Shown: positions 58,721-64,000 of the stretch, in pieces
Layout of the letters: each line of letters starts with the position of its first letter
How positions within the stretch are numbered: position 1 is the first letter of the stretch
Origin: Candidatus Poribacteria bacterium
GTDB lineage: Bacteria; Poribacteria; WGA-4E; GCA-2687025
DNA: 64,000 bases
Reading direction: 5' to 3'
Assembly (NCBI GenBank): GCA_963665845.2
Contig: OY762492.1
Span: 2,944,001-3,008,000 of the forward strand
Notes under the pieces: model-generated
What the model was told of the DNA's origin: nothing
The model's database searches: none
What the model saw: the letters and a program-made list of their open reading frames with translations, nothing else
Position numbers and translations under genes: made by a program

Positions 58721-58886
58721 TGACCTCATGCAGAGAGTTGAGACATTTGAACTGACGATCGCTCTATTCATGGGAAAAAGGCGCCGCCGACCAGACCGTC
58801 ATTCCCGCGTAAGCGGGAATCTAGGGGCGCCGCAGAAGACGTCCGCGTTCGCCAAGCGAAATGTCCCAACTCTTGACGTAAGGTCA
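58721..58886 (+). mobile_element. MITE family A copy
   Basis: 166 bp; TGACCTCATGCAGAGAGTTGAGACA...TGTCCCAACTCTTGACGTAAGGTCA; flanks GGGAGATC / GGGAGCTG. Confidence 0.8.
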
Positions 58887-58897
58887 GGGAGCTGATC

Positions 58898-60049
58898 ATG
58901 CCCGCTAAAATACTGGTCGTCGATGACGAACCTGACATCCTTGACCTGGTGGAGCTGTCGGTCGCTTCCGAGGGCTTTGACGTCATCAAGGCGACCAACG
59001 GAGAAGAGGCGCTTCAACAAGCGGAGCGCGACAGCCCGGACCTGATCCTGCTCGACATCAGCATGCCGGGAATGGACGGGTTTGAAACGCTGGAGGCTCT
59101 GCGGGAGAATCCGCATACGAAAGGGATACCGGTTATTCTACTCACGGCGCGCGCCCAGATCAGCGACAAGCTGCGCGGCATCAGCTCCGGCGCCGAAGAT
59201 TACATCACAAAGCCGTTCAATCCGAGCGAGCTGATTGAGCGCGTCAAAAGCTCTTTGAAAGACCCAGAGCCGTCTGGCGCGCGCGTCGATACGCTGAAAA
59301 ACTGGTCGGGCGAGATCACCCAGCTAGCGCAGCACCTGGAGGCGGCAAGCGAAATACAGCGCGCTTTGCTTCCAAAAGAGGCTCCGTCGGCGCCCGGTCT
59401 GGACATCGCCGGCGACCATCAAAGTTCGCTCAACGTCTCCGGCGACTTTTACGACTTTCTCGCCCTTGAAAACGGGCAATGGGGAATCGCCATCGCGGAC
59501 ATCAAGGGTAAAGGAATACCCGCGGCGCTGCTCATGGTCATGGCGAGAACGGCGCTGCGCATCGCCGCGCGCGAGCTGAAACCGCCGAATGAAACGCTTA
59601 AAACGGTGAACGATTTTCTGGCGGACGAGACGGAAGCGGACCTGTTCGCCACGATGGTGTATGCGGTGGTGAACCCCAGAACGCGCTCCTTCGCTTACTC
59701 GAACGGGGGGCATAATTATCCGATCTTGGCGCGCGGCGACGGAAACCTGCGCTATCTCAAAGAGGGCGGACCGCTGGTCGGCTCCTTCCCAGAGGCGCAG
59801 TTTGAAACCGAAACGATACAGCTGGAAACGGGCGACCGCATCCTGCTGTACACGGACGGCGCTGCCGATATGCTGAACGAACAGGGAGAGCCGTTTGGAG
59901 AGGAGCGGCTTGCCGACATCGTTCAGACCGCTTCGAGCATGGACGCCCATGAGCTGTGCGCCGCCGTGCGGGAGCGGTTGAAGCAGTACAACCCGGACCC
60001 GAACCTTGCGGACGATATGACGATCGTCGCCGTCCACGCCTCTCCGTAA
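58898..60049 (+). CDS. Receiver domain plus PP2C/SpoIIE phosphatase (RsbU/RsbY-like)
   Basis: VVDDE, LLDISMP, KPF; SGDFYD, IADIKGKG, YTDG, DDMT. Confidence 0.92.
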   Translation: MPAKILVVDDEPDILDLVELSVASEGFDVIKATNGEEALQQAERDSPDLILLDISMPGMDGFETLEALRENPHTKGIPVILLTARAQISDKLRGISSGAEDYITKPFNPSELIERVKSSLKDPEPSGARVDTLKNWSGEITQLAQHLEAASEIQRALLPKEAPSAPGLDIAGDHQSSLNVSGDFYDFLALENGQWGIAIADIKGKGIPAALLMVMARTALRIAARELKPPNETLKTVNDFLADETEADLFATMVYAVVNPRTRSFAYSNGGHNYPILARGDGNLRYLKEGGPLVGSFPEAQFETETIQLETGDRILLYTDGAADMLNEQGEPFGEERLADIVQTASSMDAHELCAAVRERLKQYNPDPNLADDMTIVAVHASP

Positions 60050-60063
60050 AGAAACAAGACGCG

Positions 60064-60516
60064 GTGAGATTTGAGCATTTTATTCAGCCCCTTCCGAAAA
60101 GCGGGGAGCGCGTTCAGACGATAGCGGCGGCGTTTCCAAGCGCGCTGAAGTATGTTCCCGCGCTTGAAGCGATGGTGCATTCGCTTGCGCGGGCGTTGTC
60201 GTTTGACGAACGGGGCGCCAACGAAATCGCCGCCGCCGCCGTTGAAGGAGCGATGAACGCCCTTCAGCACGGCAACCAGAAAGACATCTCTAAAAACATC
60301 TTCCTTGCCGCCATCGTGGAGCCGAACCGACTCACCATCAAGATCAAGGACGAAGGCGCCGGTTTTGATGTGGAAAAGGTCGAAGATCCGCGCGAGGGGG
60401 ATCGAATCTGGAAAGACAGCGGGCGCGGCATCCTCATCATGCGCTATTATATGGACAGCGTCTCGTACGACCCGAAGGGCGTAGAGCTGACGCTGGTAAA
60501 GAAACGGCCTCGTTGA
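60064..60516 (+). CDS. Anti-sigma factor Ser/Thr kinase (RsbW-like)
   Basis: EGAMNALQHG, DEGAGFD, GRGILIM...MD. Confidence 0.88.
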   Translation: MRFEHFIQPLPKSGERVQTIAAAFPSALKYVPALEAMVHSLARALSFDERGANEIAAAAVEGAMNALQHGNQKDISKNIFLAAIVEPNRLTIKIKDEGAGFDVEKVEDPREGDRIWKDSGRGILIMRYYMDSVSYDPKGVELTLVKKRPR

Positions 60517-60540
60517 ACAATTTGGAGGGCGCGGATCGAA

Positions 60541-60924
60541 ATGAAACTGCGCATACGTCAAGAAGAGAACGGATGGGTGGCGCAAGTGGAAGGCAAGGTG
60601 ATCGCCCAAGAAAGCGTCAAACTGGGGCGTAAACTGGAAGAAACGATCCTGAACGCGCAGGAAAGCAGCCCGAATATCGTCGTGAATGTGGCGCAAACGG
60701 CGTATCTGGACAGCCAGGGACTCGGCGCTCTCGTCCGGGCGCGGCAGAGCGTTCAGGCGCGCGGCGGGCTGATGGCGCTCTCGGAGGCGCCGCAGCATAT
60801 CCTGCGCCTGCTGGAGATCACCAAGCTAAGCCAGATCATACCGGCGTATCCGAACGACGCGGCGGCGCTGAAAGCGATGCGCGCTCAAGCGGACGGCGGC
60901 GCGTCAACGCCGACGACCGCATGA
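60541..60924 (+). CDS. STAS anti-anti-sigma factor (RsbV-like)
   Basis: YLDSQGLGALV with the phosphoacceptor Ser; LLEITKL. Confidence 0.88.
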   Translation: MKLRIRQEENGWVAQVEGKVIAQESVKLGRKLEETILNAQESSPNIVVNVAQTAYLDSQGLGALVRARQSVQARGGLMALSEAPQHILRLLEITKLSQIIPAYPNDAAALKAMRAQADGGASTPTTA

Positions 60925-61598
60925 ACGAGCGCGAACGAAGCCCCATACCGGACGGCGTCTGGATCCAATGCGGCGAATGCGGCGAGGCGATCTTCGCGCG
61001 CGAATTTGAACGGGCGGGAAAAGTATGCCCCCACTGCGGTCAGCATGACGCGCTGAACGCCGCCGAACGCGCCGCGTATGTCCTGGATGAGTTCGATGAA
61101 GAGTCGGACGCGGACGGGCGTCCGTCGGGTCCGTTTCATACGGTGGGCGAGATCGCCGGCTTTCCGGCGGCGGTTGCCGTGATCGACGCCGAGTCGGCGG
61201 GGGTTTCTTCCGGCGGGCTGTTTCGTTCGGTCGCCGAGCTGGCGGGGTTGTCGAAGCCGCTCATTGTGTTTGCCGCCAACGGTACAGGGGCGGGTGAAGA
61301 GAGCGCCGAGCCGCGCCTTCGACTCACGCGCGCCCTGAAACGGCTCGGAGAGGAACGGCTGCCGTACATACTGGTCGTCACGGACGGGTCTGAAGAGGAC
61401 GGGTACCGCGCCTTTCTGCCGCCCGGCGACATCGTTTTGGCGGAAACGGGCAAACGCAAGGAGGCGGAGAACCCGCTGGAATCGGCGCATCCGCATATCG
61501 ACAGCTTTTTGACGCGCCATGAGCTGAACGAGACGCTGCCCAAACTGCTCGCCTTTTTCCGACAACGCGGGAGCGAAGATGGCGCACGTCCGAATTGA
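60921..61598 (+). CDS. Degenerate AccD-like protein (C4 zinc finger plus eroded carboxyltransferase fold)
   Basis: WIQCGECG...VCPHCG, LPYILVVTD, GDIVLAE, ID....R.EL; catalytic GG motifs absent. Confidence 0.65.
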   Translation: MNERERSPIPDGVWIQCGECGEAIFAREFERAGKVCPHCGQHDALNAAERAAYVLDEFDEESDADGRPSGPFHTVGEIAGFPAAVAVIDAESAGVSSGGLFRSVAELAGLSKPLIVFAANGTGAGEESAEPRLRLTRALKRLGEERLPYILVVTDGSEEDGYRAFLPPGDIVLAETGKRKEAENPLESAHPHIDSFLTRHELNETLPKLLAFFRQRGSEDGARPN

Positions 61599-62685
61599 AA
61601 ACGTACATAAAATTTATCCGCCCGACACGGTCGCCGTTCAAAACGCGAATCTAGAGGCGCTGGACAAGGAGTTCCTGGCGCTGGTCGGTCCGTCGGGATG
61701 CGGAAAATCGACGCTGCTGCGCATGATCGCCGGGCTGGAAAGCGTCACGCAGGGCGACATCTACATTGATGAGCGGCGCGTCACCGACGTTCTCCCGAAA
61801 GACCGCGACATCGCCATGGTGTTTCAAAACTACGCCCTTTATCCGCATATGACCGTCCATAAAAATATGGCGTTCGGGTTAAAGATGCGCAAGACGCCGA
61901 AGCGCGAAATCGAGCGGCGGGTGAAAAACGCGGCGGAGATTTTAGGAATAGAGCCGCTGTTGAACAGGCGCCCGCAGCGTCTCTCCGGCGGCGAACGGCA
62001 GCGCGCCGCCCTCGGACGCGCCATTGTACGCAACCCGAAGGTTTTTCTCTTCGATGAGCCGCTGAGCAACCTGGACGCGCAGCTGCGCGCTCAAATGCGG
62101 GCGGAACTGAAAAAACTGCACGCGCGGCTTGAAGCGACGATGATCTACGTAACCCATGACCAGACCGAGGCGATGACGATGGGCGACCGCATCGTCGTGT
62201 TGAAAGAGGGCGCCATTCAGCAGATTGCGACGCCGCTGCATCTCTACGAGCAGCCGAAAAACAGGTTTGTGGCGCAGTTCATCGGAAACCCGCCGATGAA
62301 CCTGATCGAAGGGCGCATGGCGACGCGGGAGCAGCGGCGCGTCTTTGAAGCGCCCGGCATGGAGTTGGACCTGCCGCGCCCCCTCTGGCCGGCTCTTCAG
62401 GCGGCGCCGGACGGGGAGATCGTCCTCGGCGTCCGCCCTGAACATGTGCGCATCGACCCCGAATTCACGCAGACGCGCCCGGCGGCGCGCATCCCTGCAG
62501 TGGTGGAGGTGGTGGAGCCGCTTGGAAGCGAAACGCTGGCGTATCTGAACGCGGAGGGAAGCGTCTTTATTGCGAAAATGCCGCCGACAAGCCTGCCGCG
62601 CGTCAACGAACGCATCGACGCCGCATTTGAGCCGGAGCAGATTCATTTCTTCAACGCCGCCTCTGGAGAAAGCTTCACCGCCTAG
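61579..62685 (+). CDS. Sugar ABC transporter ATPase (MalK/UgpC/MsmX family)
   Basis: GPSGCGKST, VFQNYALYPH, LSGGE.QR, DEPLSNLDA, VTHDQ, TOBE domain. Confidence 0.95.
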   Translation: MAHVRIENVHKIYPPDTVAVQNANLEALDKEFLALVGPSGCGKSTLLRMIAGLESVTQGDIYIDERRVTDVLPKDRDIAMVFQNYALYPHMTVHKNMAFGLKMRKTPKREIERRVKNAAEILGIEPLLNRRPQRLSGGERQRAALGRAIVRNPKVFLFDEPLSNLDAQLRAQMRAELKKLHARLEATMIYVTHDQTEAMTMGDRIVVLKEGAIQQIATPLHLYEQPKNRFVAQFIGNPPMNLIEGRMATREQRRVFEAPGMELDLPRPLWPALQAAPDGEIVLGVRPEHVRIDPEFTQTRPAARIPAVVEVVEPLGSETLAYLNAEGSVFIAKMPPTSLPRVNERIDAAFEPEQIHFFNAASGESFTA

Positions 62686-62709
62686 AGAACTAGAGGAAGG
62701 GGCAGGACG

Positions 62710-64000
62710 ATGACACAACAAGAACGGCCGTTCCCTTCCGTCCGCGCATCTGAACCGCTTTCAAGTCCGCCGCAGTGGGCGATTCTGCAGCGCGCGCTCA
62801 TAGACGCCATCAATGAGGCGGCGGAGCCGCTGGTTGAAAAGTATCTGCGCCCCGACGGGTCTCTGATGTGGCCGCCCAGCCCCGATTTTCAAAGCATCGA
62901 CGCGCTGGACGACGCCTACGAGAGCTTTCACAACTGGCCCCTGTTTTATATGCTCGGCGGGAGCGAGTCGTTTCTGGAACGCGCCGAGGAGCAGTTTGAG
63001 TCGATCAACCGAAATATGGCGCGCCATCAGACCGGGCGCGGCTATCCGATGGTCGTCAACGAATACCAGCCCGGCTACGACTGGTTTCATCAAGGCGAAG
63101 GAAATTATCTGTTTTATATGCTGTGCGCGGCGAATCCGTCCAATCCGAAACATCAGGAGCGGGCGCGCCGGTTTGCGGGGCTGTATATGAACGAAGACCC
63201 GAACGCCGACAATTACGACCCCGTACACAAGATCGTCAAATGCGCGCACAACGGGAGCCTCGGACCCGCGTACGGCAACTTCGCAGGCGATTACGCATGG
63301 ACGGCGCCTGGGTACGGGCTGCATTTTTACGACATTCCAGGCGTTGGGACGGTTGAGGACCTGGAGGACCCTGTCAAAAGCAAGCGTTACGGCGCCGAAG
63401 CGAACGCCCGACGCGCGCAGGGGGACGCGGTCGTCAACCTCGCCGCAACCTCCCTGGCGGCGACCGCCTATCTGCTCACTGGCGATGAAAAATGCAAAGA
63501 GTGGGCTATCGAATATATCGACGCATGGAGAGAACGCGCCGAACGAAACGGCGGCATACTCCCCGACAATGTCGGCGTCAACGGCGTCATCGGCGAGCAT
63601 ATGAACGGCGCTTGGTACGGAGCCAACTACGGCTGGACATGGCCCCATGGATGGCACGGGGTCGGGGAGGCGGCCGTCATCGCGGGACAGAACGGAGCGC
63701 TTCTCGCCAACGATCCGCGCTATCTCGACCTGCCGCGCTCCCAGATCGATTTGCTGATCGAGAACGGAATCGAACGGGAGGGGCAGCTTTACACTCCTTT
63801 TAAACATGGAGCGCCAGGGCGCGTCCGGTATGAGCCATGGCCCTTCCTGAACGCGCTGCGGAACGAGGACGGAACGGCGCTGGAAACGGACGGCTGGTTT
63901 GAGTTCATGCCGATGCATCCGCTCTACATCGCGCATGTTTGGAACGGGTCGATGTCGGAGGGGGATATGGAGCGTTTTGAAACGCTGCGCCGTTCAGGAG
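62710..64000 (+). CDS. Hypothetical protein, 3' truncated, absent from the ORF track
   Basis: Frame from ATG 62710 (MTQQERPFPS...DDAYESFHNWPLFY...YDWFHQGEG...ERARRFAGLY) with an AGGA RBS appears open to the window end; typical codon usage. Confidence 0.8.
   Translation, partial: MTQQERPFPSVRASEPLSSPPQWAILQRALIDAINEAAEPLVEKYLRPDGSLMWPPSPDFQSIDALDDAYESFHNWPLFYMLGGSESFLERAEEQFESINRNMARHQTGRGYPMVVNEYQPGYDWFHQGEGNYLFYMLCAANPSNPKHQERARRFAGLYMNEDPNADNYDPVHKIVKCAHNGSLGPAYGNFAGDYAWTAPGYGLHFYDIPGVGTVEDLEDPVKSKRYGAEANARRAQGDAVVNLAATSLAATAYLLTGDEKCKEWAIEYIDAWRERAERNGGILPDNVGVNGVIGEHMNGAWYGANYGWTWPHGWHGVGEAAVIAGQNGALLANDPRYLDLPRSQIDLLIENGIEREGQLYTPFKHGAPGRVRYEPWPFLNALRNEDGTALETDGWFEFMPMHPLYIAHVWNGSMSEGDMERFETLRRSG

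Noticed and set aside
62761-63936. 391-aa minus-strand ORF
   Set aside because: Antisense shadow of the plus-strand ORF starting at 62710
1-64000. tRNA (including tRNA-Sec), rRNA, prophage, integrase or transposase genes
   Set aside because: None recognised in this window

Overview
GC-rich (roughly 60-65% by eye), gene-dense diderm bacterial chromosome segment with about 58 genes. I saw no rRNA, tRNA, CRISPR array or transposase. Gene content (PhyH dioxygenase, sulfatase, lamin-tail/FlgD-type proteins, a C-terminal SVxP...W[GA]xLK tail) suggests Candidatus Poribacteria or an FCB-like lineage; this is inference. Housekeeping genes include gyrA, minCDE, xylA, maf, glycerate kinase, mpg, a RimK-like ligase, a LarA-like enzyme and an RsbU/W/V-type module. 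Points the ORF track misses or misreads: (1) Two tandem AhpC/TSA-like selenoproteins (UPNC and UPFC motifs). Each is split at an in-frame TGA and has the same downstream SECIS-like hairpin. They head an operon with an archaeal-like beta-RFAP synthase, a nitroreductase and a Zn-dehydrogenase. (2) A T9SS-like export locus (two PorV/PorQ-like barrels, an HhH barrel, SurA, two FlgD-type CTD cargo proteins), plus a separate short C-terminal tail shared by unrelated exported proteins. (3) A ~166-bp MITE family with ~25-bp TIRs and decayed 8-10-bp target duplications, built around a dRS3-like ATTCCC-N8-GGGAAT palindrome; mosaic repeats of this type flank variable gene cassettes and supply gene ends. 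(4) Two unannotated paralogous microproteins. (5) Apparent pseudo-enzymes: a PolX without catalytic Asp, a degenerate AccD and a receiver lacking the phospho-Asp. All assignments come from motif reading, without database searches.
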